Positions 48,045 through 61,722 of a stretch of DNA of 64,000 nt are shown one piece after another. Location of the stretch: NCBI GenBank assembly GCA_012295275.1, contig CM022673.1:21948001-22012000 (forward strand), read 5' to 3'. A model generated the notes under the pieces. The model did no database searches. It saw nothing but the letters and a program-made list of their open reading frames with translations, and was not told the DNA's origin. Every line of letters starts with the position of its first letter. The stretch's first letter is position 1. A program made the translations under genes and the position numbers. Source of the DNA: Chrysomallon squamiferum. Lineage: Eukaryota; Animalia; Mollusca.

Positions 48045-51000
48045 ATGACATTCACATCAAAAGACGTCAAAGATGTTGCAGCTCTGGTTGCTAGGAAGTT
48101 GTGAGTGTATTACATATAATTGATCTAAATTCGACAGTCATGCAATTCCGAAATACCGAATAGTAAACCAATTAGGTGAAAACACGCAACTCTTTGCTGA
48201 ACAAGATAAGTTTTATAATAGATGTTGGTAACTCAAAGGTTATATTTTATTACATTCTAATAGTGTTTATTTCATTATATAAATTTCACGCAAGGGACGC
48301 CAATATTCCATTACATCTTCAATAAAGCTGATAACGAATTATTACTGCATCTTTGTGGAATACATAAATATTAGTTAAAATATTAAATGGTTTCAATAAT
48401 CATGTTCCTTTAGGTCCCCTCACTTTAAAATTTTCATAAATTTTCTATTTCAGAGAAATTTACATGAATCTTGAAAGGCGAGAATCAAGATTTAAGCCAG
48501 ATGGTTACTACAGAACCACACCTAAAATGGTACTTCAAATTAAGTGTATTTGTATTGTGTATTACAATACAGGTTGTTTCTTTCCGAATTTGTTTTATCT
48601 GTAAAACTTCATAAGATCCTACTTTTTTGCAGTTGTAATAAGTGATATAGTTCTGCTTCAAAAGATTTGATCTTTTAAAATTGTTTTGAAAACATACCTT
48701 TTTGGTAGAATCCTCAAGTGTTGGAAAATAATAGTTGTGAACTATCAATATTTATGATATCTACTTCTTATTATTATTGTTATTACTGTTCTTGTTCTTG
48801 TCAATATTATTGTCATCTTGTTAATATTTCAATGCAGGAACAGTATGATCTTCTGTTCAGAGTGGATGACAGTTTGGCTAAAACTGACAAAGCTCGCCAG
48901 CTGCTCGGCAAAAGTGCAAAAAATCCTCCAAATAAAAGCCCTAGAGGTCCAAAACCCAAGGTGATTTTTGTTTGTTTTAATCACTGATATCAGAAAAATC
49001 TAATCACTTTTCATTTATTTTGTCTTCTTGATAATATCTCTTACAAAGTATACGTTTGTTTTTACTGTGATATTATTTGGTGTTCAAGTATTCCTTTTCT
49101 TAAATGTTTCTTCAATTTTTATACTATGCAACTCAAAATATACCATACCACTGTTGTTATTCAGTATCAAAATAATTTAGTATCTGGGACCAACTGATTT
49201 GTTTGGATATGCAGACAAGCATTAATGTTCCATGATTATTTTTGTGTATGTGTATTAGTTTACTTATTTCTATAGAGTTAATAAAATCATTTGAATAACA
49301 AAAAAATCTTCATAAGGTATATTAGTACTTTTACTTCATAAATATTTGTAAAGAATAAATTTCAAATTGTATGTTGGTATTTCAGAGATGCAAATCCTCA
49401 AAGGTAAATATCACTGAACAAAAGAAGTCAAAAGCTGCCACAAAAGAGTCTAAACCAGGCAAAAATAAGGAAACAGAACCTGACCTGAAAGAATCTCAAC
49501 AGAGTGAAAATTCTTTGGTTACTGAACCTGAAAATGGAGAAAATGAAAGAGGTTAATTAATTTAAAAACTTTTCTCTCTTTTGTTATATCTGTGCTCTTT
49601 CTTTACCTTTTCACACTGACTGTCTCTGGTCATATCATATATCTTATAGTATTCGTGTCATTTCAGGTAATGCATATTTCTAATTTCACCTGTTCTTTCA
49701 TTATGTGCATGTTTAGGTTAATCTAAAAGTTCAAGCTTTAACTTCTTTATATGCTTTTTATATCTATTAGTTGTGTTAATGTAGGAAAATATGAGGAGAG
49801 CAATAAAACTGATACAGAAAGGGATGAGAAAGAAGATGCCAGAGATCATGATGATCCAGAAGGTGAAGAACAAGGAAAGAAAAAAGAAGAAGATAATCTT
49901 GGTGGTGATCAGAAAGCATGTTATAGGAGTGATGAATGTTTGAAAGAAAAGGTTAATCCAGAAATGGAGAAGAAAACAAATGATGAATGTCAGGACGAGC
50001 AGAGAACAAAAAATGAAACAAAAGAACGGTCAAGAAAATCTAAGAATAGCAACTTAGAATCACAGGAGAATAAAAAACACAAAAAACATCAAAGGTATTT
50101 CATTAGAAACAGTTAAATTTTTTCAATTCTGAACAAAAGAAATTGATCTCTATAGTTCTATCACATCCATGACATGTGTGAATATATTTAATATACTATC
50201 TTTTTGCATTTTCTGTTTACAGGAAAGAAAAGAAACTAATCTGTCCTAGAGTTGATGACACCACTTGCCAAATAATGCCTGTACAGGAAGTTGGAAGACT
50301 GACAAGTTTTGCTAATGAACTGTTTGTAAGTCATATTCACACACACACGCATACACACATCGTCTTATTAGGATGTTGAGTACATTTTAGTGCAAGCAAC
50401 TTGCATTCTGTAAAATTGCCATTCTGTGCATAGCAATGTGATACAGCAGCTGTTTAAGGTGCATTGGTTTGTCAAATTGCAGTCTGTTGAGCAATTTCTC
50501 ATTTCAACCAGTACTCCACAGCTATTATAACAAAGACAGTAGTATGTACTATCTTGCCTGTCAGATGATGCTAATAAAAGATCCCTTGGAAAAGACTAGA
50601 CCATGATGTTGTTGCAGCAAGTTTGGTCTCTCATTATCTGAGTAGTCCTACTTATATACCTGATGCAGCAGAACCACATTGAGTGTGTTGTAAAATGAAA
50701 AATGTTCTTCTTTGCACTTTTTATTGGTTTGTTTTATATTTTAGAAAGAGCAGCCTCTTGAGAAACTACAAATCATCCACAGATATCGACCTAACAGTGG
50801 CAATATTCCCTATATCACAGAGAATGGCAAAGTTCAGAATTATACTGGTCATGTTGGGGCAGCATTACATTCAGTGAAATACCTTGATTATTATTTGAAA
50901 GAAGGTGAATTCTGTTTATAACTAGATTTTTCTGGTTTAGAATCCATATCTAACATTTCATTGTTAACAGTTACCGATTTAACATTTTGTATTTTATTTT

Positions 51001-51449
51001 TAGGATAATCAGTCAGGATCAAGAAATGATTGATGAAGTAATTGCTGTGAAACTCAGCAAATTTAATTTTGAATGCACTATACAATATAAAGAAAGTAAT
51101 TATGAAATATAATTTCAGTTCTAAATAAATATACTTGAGTATGTGCACATTACTGAATTATTGTTGGATATTAATTTTATTGCTTCTGAAGATTTTTCCT
51201 TTAGAAAATAAAGATATTATTTTTTCCACTTTTCTTTTTCAATCATCTCTTTTCAGGTCTTGAGACAGGTAAAAGAGAACAAGCCAAAAGACTTCAAGAG
51301 CTGAAAGTCATGAAGAAAGTAATCAAGAATTTTTACCAGACAGAATAAGAATTTGAATTTATTCACAGTCATTCTGTAAATTAATTTTTTATTATTGTTT
51401 TCTGAAAGAGACATAAAAGTAATTCATTATGGTAAATGTTTATATATAT

Positions 51450-51483
<34 letters not shown>

Positions 51484-54400
51484 CTATTGTATTTAAGAAT
51501 ATCAAGTAAACGATTTTTTGTTCATCTTCAGATGACAGAGAAATCTGATACCAGTAATCAGGTTGTTGTATCAGAAAGAAGAAAACCTAAATCAGATTCA
51601 CAAAGGTAAGTAAAACATTCATTTTACATCATATTTTTTTTCTAGATGATTTCAGTTTAAAAACACCCTTAGACATCACTAGATACTTCTACACATAATC
51701 TGAATAACAAATAAAATCATCTTCTATGAGTCTGTCACGATTTTCTTACACATTATTCTGAATTTATGAACACATGACTCAAGAAACTCACTGGTGAGTC
51801 TTTCTGTATAATTCATTATGTCTGTCACTGATTCTTATAACACAGTAGGTTTTTTTAACCTTTGTATGAAATACTCTTTTTAAAACTTTTTCAAATTATT
51901 TAATTTTTTCCTCTAGTGTGCATTTAACTTAATGACATTGAAATAGATGTGTTTTTCATTTTTTTTTTTATAAATTAATATTATTACAGGTGCCAAAAGG
52001 AGATATGTGAGGTAAAAATAGAAAAGTTGGCTTTATTTATTATAACTGCAGTTTCTAACCTTGATTTGCTTACTGCTATATTTCTTTAATAAGTATTTGA
52101 TTACAAAAGTTGTTTTTATTTTATTTTATTTTATTTTATCTATTTATTGTTGTAGGGTATTATCCCTTTTTTCATATTCAGTATGGCAGTAATTTAAATA
52201 GCTGATTGTAAATGTCCTTATACTTGTCATCTGCTGTCTCCACCTTAATCTCTTCTATCTTTAAAAACCTTTTAACAAAATTTCAGCGTTATATATTGAT
52301 GTTATTGCTTTGTCTAAATATATTCTAATTTAGCATGTTGTTATGTCTTTGTCATATATTATTAGTAAATATATATTTTAACATGAACAAAAATTGTCTT
52401 GGAATAAAATTCTCAGTATTAAGTGATTGTACAAAACTTGATATATTATTGAAATATTTGAACCTGTGTTAATAAAAAATTGTTATTTGGATAATTAACA
52501 GAATATTTACCTACTAAATGTTGACCATAAAAATTACAAATTCTTAATCTTGATATATTTTATTGTGCAATCATTCATTAATATAGAAATTCTGTCGAGT
52601 GTATAGATAAAGCTTTCATTTATGCTGTTTCTTTATACTAATACTTACTAAATGAATTAGTAGTGTTCCAAGTAATACTTTACTTTTTTATTACTACTGG
52701 TAAATTCTACTCTTTGTTTTTATTTTGTCTTCTTTTTATATTGTTGGCTTTTGAATTTTCCAACAATAATGACTTAAAATGTTTGTTCAGTACACTAAAC
52801 TAACATAAATATTTTGTTACTATAAAAGTCTAAATGTCTAAATGTACTAATCTGCATTAGAATAAACTTCTTTTACAGTTTCAGTTTCATCTGATTAGAT
52901 GATTGTTTAGTTACATTGCAGTGTGCATAACACTGATTGTCATCTCAGAAATTAAAACTGTAATTGTTTATGCTGTAAAATAGACATTTTAATAATTCTT
53001 TTCTTTTATTATACTTTTTTTTTTATTAAATCAGTTATTTCTCATTTATAATTTGAACTCATCTTGCAGTTAGGCATTATTAAAAAATTTACAGTTATTG
53101 ATTTGTTTCTAACTATAGTGTTATTATATATTTAATCAGGATATCATTATTGATTGCATTGCTGTTTTATTTTAAAAATAAATAAATTAGAAATTAAAAA
53201 TATTTTTTAAAAAGAATTGGCCTATTTATTTATAAATTTGTATATGATGTTTTTTATGTTTTATATATATTTAAAGTGTATATCACTGTATTTATGTTTC
53301 AGAAGAAAAACTGCTCTGATCACAGCTGACACTCATGCCCTTGTAAGATCAGAGTCTTCCTTATCTTCTGGCTCAGCAAACTCTGGTTCCTTTGGTTACA
53401 CATCTTCTTCCTACCATTCTGATTATACCATGTCCTATGCTTATAGAGAATCTTCATCATCTGCCTTTTCATGCTCTTCTCTGGCAGCTTCTCAGTCCAG
53501 TTTAGTCAATCCACAGATTGAGAGCACATCTCTTCCAGAAATCAAGAAAGCCTGGATGATGACACCAAGAATTTCCACAGAGCTCATACCTACACCATTT
53601 TCTTCTAGAGAGGACATTTCAGCAGGACACAAAGCATTAAACAATATACATTTACCTAAAGATGAAGATAGCAGCACCTCTTTGTCTTCTTTGTTTGACA
53701 GCAAATATTTGAGTAACAAACAACAAAAGTATTATGATTCAAAATCTAAAATAGTGCAAGAAAAATCAAAATCAATTGAAGTTGATGTACCAAAGTATCA
53801 AAAAATAACACCAGTGACAAAGAACAAGAATGAGGCTGATATCCAGAGTACCTCTTTAATTTGTGAAAAAAAAAAAAAACTAATTTGTTTGTATGATGAA
53901 TTTTATGATGGTGACCTTATTTCTGAGAGGTCTTTTGAAAGCAGAGGTAATGATGTAAACATTCGTCCTTATGATCCAGATGTTTATAGAGGCAATCAGT
54001 TTGATGGAAACCTAAATCTAAAGGAAGAAAGAAGAGGTTCAGCAGTTCAAGAGTTCACTGATAGCAAAAATTCTTTGCTTTCTGCAAGATCAATTTATTA
54101 TCGACCCTCAGCTTATGCTTATGTCCCTGAGCAAAGAGGTAATGACCAAGAGGTTTTTATTTCTCATGATGAAGGTCCTCCTTTCTATATAACAGCTGAA
54201 AGTCTTTCAAAAGAAAAACCCAGAGTTCCTGGCCATTTAGACAAAACTAATGTGTCAGCTAGAGGTATTTTGCCAAAATTAAAAATGCATCATATTGGTG
54301 AAGATTCAGAAGATACTGCAAATCCTTTGGAATATAAAAGAGGTACCAGAAAAAATGAACCAGGAACTGAAACTGATAGACCATGTCCAAGATCAAAGAG

Positions 54401-57400
54401 AGCTTCTTTTGATAAAGAAACATCACTTGATCCGAGTCTCAGAGATGATTCTTTATTAGAAAGAAAATTACCAGTGAATACTGAGACTGATTTGGTAGAT
54501 GCTAATGGTCATGTTTCAAGGAGAGCTTCTGTTGACAAATGCCTTCCTGATGATTTACCCTTTGAAGCACAATACACTCCTCGTAAGCCCCTTTCCTCAG
54601 ATACCCAAAGTCCCAAGACAGTGGAAATTATATTATTAATCGGACCTGAACTTATTAATGGTTTAGATATACAAATTTCACCAGAAGAAAAACATAAGAA
54701 ACAGAGTGTAAAAGAAATAGATGGTAAAAAATGGTCTGAACAAGCATTTAATAACACCAAACTAACTGAACAAGAAGAAATCAAACAAACTGAACAAGTA
54801 AAGGAAAATTCAGTTAGAGCTTCAGTCAGTCCTGATTCAGACATCAAACTGGATCTGGAACGTAATGGGTTTTCACAATTAGATTTGAATGACATGGAGG
54901 AACAAAGAGAAATGGGAGATGAAACATCTGAAAGTAGAGGATCTTTCCCTGAATCTTCTACAACAAACAAAGCTGTCAGTTCTGTTGAACATATCAAGTC
55001 AAGTGTTACTGCCATTGGCAATTCCAAATCTAGTTGTGCTTCCCATAAACTAGCTGAACAAAGAGTAGAGAATCTTAATCTGGCAACATTGAAGAGTCAC
55101 CCTGCATCTGAAGTCTATGTACCATCACCAAGATCAGTGAAAATATTACATGATGAAAAAATAGATAATCCAAAGCAGAAAACCATCAATCGATTACTAG
55201 AAGCAGAGATTAAAGATCTGGAACCACCAAACACAACATTTGATTCATGGTTGAAGCAATTAGACAAGAAAGGGCAAAAACAAAAACATGAAATGAAAGA
55301 CAGAAGCATAAAAAGTGCCCGTGAAACAAAAATATCAGATCCAAGGGTTTCTGACATTAATATCTCCTCTCATGAAAGAAGACACTCATCTGCCAGTATT
55401 ATGTCTGAAAAAAGCATTGATATTGATGATCTGAAACCTGGTATGATTCCCCCTCCTGTCAGAAAGACAATGGAAGGAAATGATATGAAATCAGAGTCAA
55501 AAACCAGTAGGTCATCTTCTGTACTAGGTCTTTCTTCATCACGAGGTGAAGATTCTGAACAGACTGATCTCTCAGACAGAAGTATAAAATCTGTTGATTC
55601 TCACTTGTATTCAATGAGCAAAACTCCAAGTCGAGGAACAGACAGTCCTCAGAGCAGTATTGCATCATCAAACTCCAGTAAACGATCTTTGACAATAAAA
55701 TTACCTTTGGATAGTCATTTGTTGATATCTTCAGGTAGAGCAATGACTAGAGGTGTTGAGTCTAAAACGCAAAGAGTAATCAAGAGTAAGTCTAGCAAAA
55801 AATCAACTGAAACATCAACAGAAGAAGAACCAAGCAGTCAACAGTCAACTTACACAGAAACTGAGGGTGATTCTAATAAGATGGAGGATGCCAATGGTGA
55901 AGATACAAAAATACAAATACAGTTACCCAAAACAGATTCAAAAGATATGAACAAAGATATTAAATCAGATTTTAGTGAATTTCTGGGCAGAAAACCCCCC
56001 CCTCTCCTTGCTGTTATTTGTCAAGAGAACAAACAAGTCAGTTTGACTCAAAGAGAAAATGAAGGTAATGCAGTAATTAACAGTTCTTCTTTTAGTAGTA
56101 CATCAAGTGAAACATCCGTCAAAGATGAATCCGAACCAGGTTCAGATTTTAAGGATATGACAGGCTGGAGTATTTCATCACAAGGTGATCTTGGTTCATC
56201 AACTATAGCCAGTTTATCTGTTACATTATCCACATTGACATTTTCAGACCAAACTGATGTTTCTAGAGGTACTGAAAATGATGTAGAAGTTGTCTTTATA
56301 GATATTAACAATAAACCTCCACTCAGTGAAAGTGATACTTCACATAGCCATATCACAAGAGCAAATGAAAAGCCAACAAAATCTGCAGCTGATGTTGAAG
56401 TATATCCAGATTTTGACACTACAGTATCAACAAAAGATCCAGCAGTAAATATTTCTGATGAAAATATTGAGGATTCTCAAGGTTTGCCTGAGACTGATAA
56501 ATGTTCATTGAATGAAAACACTGATTTTGTCCTCTGTCCTTCAACAGAAGGCAGCCAAAATACTGGGTCTACTTCTTATCAAGCAGAAATACCTGCTTTA
56601 GTGTGCAGTAGAGGTTCTGAAACAGGAAATGATGTAGACTACATAAAGACTCACCAAGATGATGTAGAAATTCCAGTGTTAGTATGCAGCAGAGGTTCAG
56701 AAAGTGGAAATGACCCAGATGGTAACAGTGAAGTAGAAGATCTGAATTTCAAGCTCAAATTAATGCAAAAACAAAAGTATGAGTTAGGATCATCAAGAGA
56801 ACTAACCCCTAGAATTGAAAGTCGTTCATCATCAAACCTTAGCCAAGCTTCATTGACAAAAGTTAATCTTCAGCACAAAGATCTGGAAAAGATATTGATT
56901 AAACATGAATGTGAAGACATTAGTCAAGAAACTAGAGATGTAGTAGGTACTGTTGAGCCTTCTGAATATGAACTTACAGAATACACTCATCCAGTTAGTC
57001 TTATTATTGATGTGAAGGAACAGGATCCAGCTGGACTTATTCTTGATTTGAAAGAAGATGACACAGAAAGGGGAGGTGTTTTTGATGATGAAGTACAAAC
57101 TGGAGCTTATCAAGACCTGATACTGTCTGTAGCCAGAAGAAACAAAGAAGATGAAACTATTGTGAAAGAAATTGATCAAGCTAATGTTACTGTTGGTGAA
57201 AACTGTTTGTCAGAGAGAGAAGTCAGGGGTGAACTTGCAGGTTGTGAAGATAATGACTTGACAAAACAGAATATTATCACTCAGAAAAATGTGAATTGTA
57301 TATTAGAACCTGCAGTAGTCAATGCAGACTGCACAAATGAGTCACAGTTCTCTGGAAATGTTCAAAAAGAAGGTTATGATATTTCTTTAAGAAATGTTTC

Positions 57401-58724
57401 TAAGAATTCGACTTTAGTGCCAATTCAAACTCAGGAATCAATGAATAAGAATCACGATGCATTGAGAGACAGCTCAGATAAGAAAACTTTACAAATGGTT
57501 AATGTCACTGAAGTCAAACCATTTGAAGATGAATCTACTAGAAAAATTCCAAGTCAGATCAGTGGAGAAGCTCCAAGCAAAGATAAATCTAAGGAGTCTT
57601 TACAGAATCAAGACTCAAATGACAAAGCCTTTACTAATTCCTCATACAAACATTTTCCTTCAGAAATACTGCCAGAAAACCTCCCTGCAGATAATGTGCA
57701 AGATATAGTACTTAATGATGCTTTGCATAGGGGTTTACTTCAACAACAAGATGATGGTGGACCAACTTCATCAGTAGCAGAATCAATTATCTGTAGTAAG
57801 AACATTCAGCAACTGCCACAAATAGATAGTGAGAAAAAAATAAGTAATGCAAACATGACAACACCAGTTTTATTATCAACAGAAATGGAACACAAAGAAC
57901 AAGCAGAAAATATAATTGAATCTCCTGACAAAGAACTAGACCAGGAAAAAACATCAATGACATTAGAAACTGCAGAACAAGATTTGTCTTTTGTATCTCT
58001 GGAACCTTTCTCAGAAACATCACATGCTCGGGCTATAGTTCAGCAGATAGAAACAAATCTCCAAGAATTTATTTCAGGGACTGAAACATTAAAAGACAAG
58101 ACTGAGATGAACATTTCTAAACAAGACATTTCCTTTTTGCCATGTAACACAGATTCAACAAAAGCTGATAATCTTGTTCAGGAGATACCACCAAATGTCA
58201 TTAAAGAACAGATTGTTACTGTGCCAGAGGAAAAATCACATCACCCAACCCAACAGGTTATCAGCACTTCAGCACACACTATTTTGTATGAACAAAACAT
58301 TAGTCTTTCAACAGATGAGCTACCACCTGCAAAAACACCTTCACCAGATAACACAGAACTGGATTCCATTAATCCATCACCAATAAAATTGACAAAGCAT
58401 CAAGACCAAATGTCTTGGTGTACAACAGTTTCTGCCCATGTAGATGATCATACTGAAATAAGAGAAAAACCTGAAAATGTATTAATGAAAGGTACAAGTA
58501 TTTTGTCAGAAGATGGGAAATCTAAACATTCTATAAAACAGCAGGAAGAGAAGAACTCCCTGGTTACTGAAGAATCTCAGATGGAACAAAATACTATCAT
58601 ATTGCCAGTAGCTGAAGTATATGAACCAAACCTGTCTAAACAGGATATTACTGTTTCCCCAAGTATTGATGAATCTACAGAAAAGTCAAGAAGTCAAGAT
58701 GTTTCTATTTCACTAGACAATTGA
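48045..58724 (+). CDS. Uncharacterised large, mostly low-complexity Ser/Glu/Lys-rich protein, ~2180 aa
   Basis: Exons: 48045-48100, 48454-48529, 48838-48960, 49386-49551, 49785-50094, 50223-50325, 50745-50904, 51257-51318, 51532-51605, 53303-58724. Sum 6552 nt, all GT-AG with consistent phases. The last exon is an uninterrupted 5.4-kb ORF. No domain recognised; the 5' exon chain is less certain than the large exon. Confidence 0.7.
50440..50700 (+). mobile_element. Degenerate SINE with a Meta-like central domain
   Basis: atttctcatttcaaccagtactccacagct…aacaaagacagtagtatgtactatcttgcctgtcagatgatgctaataaaagatcccttg resembles the recalled MetaSINE core (…ccagccagtg..ccacgactgg..aaaggccgtggtatgtgctatcctgtctgtgggatggtgcatataaaagatcccttg) of molluscan genomes. 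Confidence 0.55.
51449..51484. repeat. (GATA)n tetranucleotide repeat
   Basis: Direct reading. Confidence 0.85.
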
Positions 58725-59693
58725 AAAACAGTATCAGATAGCAAATCATTACTTCATACAAACCCCATAAATTCACTCATTAGCAAGACATGCTAATACA
58801 AAATACATAAAAAGTACATCACCTTACAAGAATTTCATCAAATAGATGAATCTCCTCATATCCAAATAGAAGTATATGTGATGGTGTCATTTCAGAACCT
58901 TTAAATTAACATTTTAAAGAAAATACTGGAACTGCTTTTTAAAAATAACAATGCTTTATGTCAAACCATATCAGTTGAAAACCAAATGTTTATGTTCATG
59001 AAAACCTTCAATGGTAGCATTTAAATTTAATCTACAACTACCTCAGACTATCATAGTCAACAGGTTAGCAAACTGTTTGAAAAAGGTTTATTTTTATGTT
59101 TATTTCTGTGAGAGAGTACATAGAAAGGAAAATGCTAATTAAAGTAAAAGAATTGTGAAAATACAGATCATAATAATTTGTAATTGGACTTTTTGAAGTT
59201 ACATGTTAAAACCAAAGCCTCTGGTTTGTTTTTGCTTTAATACATTGTGTTCCAAGAAATATGGGCGTATATATAATATATATTGATTCTATGCATATGT
59301 TATTATTTTATATGCATAAATGTAATTTTGAAATATCATTTACAAAAATTGCCTGCTGTTTTATGTTCTTTGGTTATTATTTAATTTTGCTGTGATAATA
59401 TTATTCATATAATTTTGTTCAAATGATCTGTTACATATTTTAATGCCATCAGTACAGTTGTAATAGTAAAAGGACGTACCAAATTTTATTATCTTGTGAA
59501 TAGGTATTTTTGTTAGAAAACCACTGACATTATAGACATGCTAAACAGAGAGGCTGTAATGGTATTAAGTCTGTGACACGTTGTCACCTGACAGGTATAG
59601 TCCTTGCCTTAATTTATTTAACCTCTTTAATGAGAAAGAAGAAAAAGAAAAATTAAAATATTTGGTTCTGTAATTTTATCAGGGATTGACTAA

Positions 59694-59899
59694 GATCAGG
59701 TTTCCATTACAAATCTTTTTTGTGACAAGAACTGCATATTCCAGGAAACTGAATACTAGCATGTTTGTGTATGTCTGCTCTGTTATGTATGCAGATTATG
59801 AAAACTGTGGATCAAACCTTTCCTTGATTTCTGTTGTGACATGCTGTAAATATTTTATTGGTATCTGATGTTGAAAATGTATTGTGTGGAAACCTGGTC
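59694..59899. mobile_element. PIF/Harbinger (Tourist-like) MITE, 206 bp
   Basis: TAA|GATCAGGTTTCCA … TGGAAACCTGGTC|TAA: 13-bp TIR with 1 mismatch and a 3-bp TAA target-site duplication. Non-coding interior. Confidence 0.65.
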
Positions 59900-60616
59900 T
59901 AAAGACTGAAACAGATTAACAAAATCAATGGTATATTTTAATAAACCATAAATAATATGTAGCAAAAATATACAGTTGTTCTAGAAGTCCTTGTTCATCA
60001 GTAAACTTCATTACTTTTATAACTATGACCAATATCATTTTGCTGTAAAATATGTTTTATCATCTCTTCTTTTTCCTTAACAATAAGAATCTTCTTAGCA
60101 TTAAATACATAACCATAACTAATGTATTTCGATTTCTGTTCTAAAGTTCATTTGCCATTGATAGCTTTCTAATTTTTTTTAATTGTTTTTTTACTGGTAT
60201 TATTTACTCAACTTCTGTCTCCTAAACATTTCCTTCTTTTTTATTAGTTTATTTGCTGATTAATTTTTAATGATATACACGTTAATATTTATTATTTTTG
60301 GAGTCTTGGAAAATATTTAATTTTAATTTGATTAAATATGTTTTATTTTGATTAATTTTGTAAATTCAAACAATATCTATGATTGTTGCTGTTTATTTTT
60401 TATTATTATATGATTTGTATTGCTGTGTTAATAAAATTATCAAATCTCAATATCTGTTAGGATTTTTCTTTCTTTTGCAATAACAGTAACAAATTTTAGT
60501 CAGTGATAAGAAGGTTTAAAAAAAGAAGGAAAATATTTTATTCATTGCTGAAATTGTGGCGAGATTACAAATGAAAATACTATCAGCCCAAGAGCTTGTG
60601 AGCACAAACAGGATTA

Positions 60617-61213
60617 CCGTATATACTTGTGTATAAGTCGAATTTTTGGGAGACTATATTAAGGTAATATTTTTGGGGTCGATTTATACATAGGTAATGC
60701 TTTTGTAGCTGTTGCTGAAGAGTCGCCATTTTGACTATTTTTTTGCTATGGGATGCATCTAAAATAATCGCGGTCTTTCAGCTTTTCAAAAATATAATTT
60801 TATCGTATAAAAAAATTTGAAAAATTCAGTAACAATACCAAATATGAATGTAAAACATGATATTCTTCCGTTTAATGACATAAAAATACATTTTAAAGCG
60901 AAAAAACCGTCAGTACGGCGTTATGCCTTACGGCGTCTTGCAATGATCTAGGAATGCAGACTTCTCTGCCAAATTGCACTAAATATCGGTCCTAATTTCA
61001 TAAACAAAACTCACTTGTGTAATTGTAAAGAATTTGGTGAACTAATATTGCAATCGTCATTAATATCCACTACCGACAAATCGAAAAGAAAGTGACGGTG
61101 CCTGGAATCTGCAGTCGACTTATACACAAGTAATACCTAAAATGTCGCAATTTTTGGTCTTAAAATACACATCGACTTATACATAAGGTCGCCTTGTACA
61201 CAAGTATATACGG
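60617..61213. mobile_element. Non-autonomous Tc1/mariner-superfamily (Tc2/pogo-type) MITE, ~597 bp
   Basis: TA|CCGTATATACTTGTGTATAAG … CTTGTACACAAGTATATACGG|TA: 21-bp TIR with 1 mismatch and TA TSD. Subterminal TCGACTTATAC-type repeats near 60636, 60679, 61116 and 61172. Confidence 0.88.
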
Positions 61214-61675
61214 TAACTAAAATTAAAAAATAATATTATTTATGGTTGTAATTAAATTATATAAAACTAATTTTTTAATTTTTTATAAATTATATAATGA
61301 TTGACAAGAAAAAAATTACAAACTATATTCTCCTTACTCAAAAGAGTAAAGGCCCCAAAATAATTTTAATAAAGTGCAGTTAGAAAAGAAATTAATATTA
61401 TTTTCATTTATTTATTTTTCCCTTTTCTTTTGTTATTTTATAATAAGATTCCAGACTGCTATTGGAATTAATGAAAAAATGCACAAATACATGCAAACAT
61501 GCACACAAAATTTGTGTAATGATTCAAGACTCTTGTTCAGTTAATGAAAATATTCAGACGAGACAAAAAACAAATAATAACGAGAACAACAGCAATCTTT
61601 TCGGGATACTGTATTTAATACCGCTGTTGGTGTAAGATTAAATTTAAAGTACTATATCAAATAATTGTCTGGTTA

Positions 61676-61678
<3 letters not shown>

Positions 61679-61718
<40 letters not shown>
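61679..61718. repeat. (TAA)n microsatellite
   Basis: Direct reading. Confidence 0.9.

Positions 61719-61722
<4 letters not shown>

Noticed and set aside
51990-52011. 22-nt candidate exon (tacag|…gag|gtaaaa) in the orphan gene
   Set aside because: It would shift the frame relative to the 53303 acceptor, while exon 51532-51605 joins the large exon directly in frame. It cannot be excluded as a poison exon but is unsupported.
41060-58386. Numerous antisense or alternate-frame ORFs within the two giant exons
   Set aside because: Expected shadows of long compositionally biased coding exons; no independent signal.
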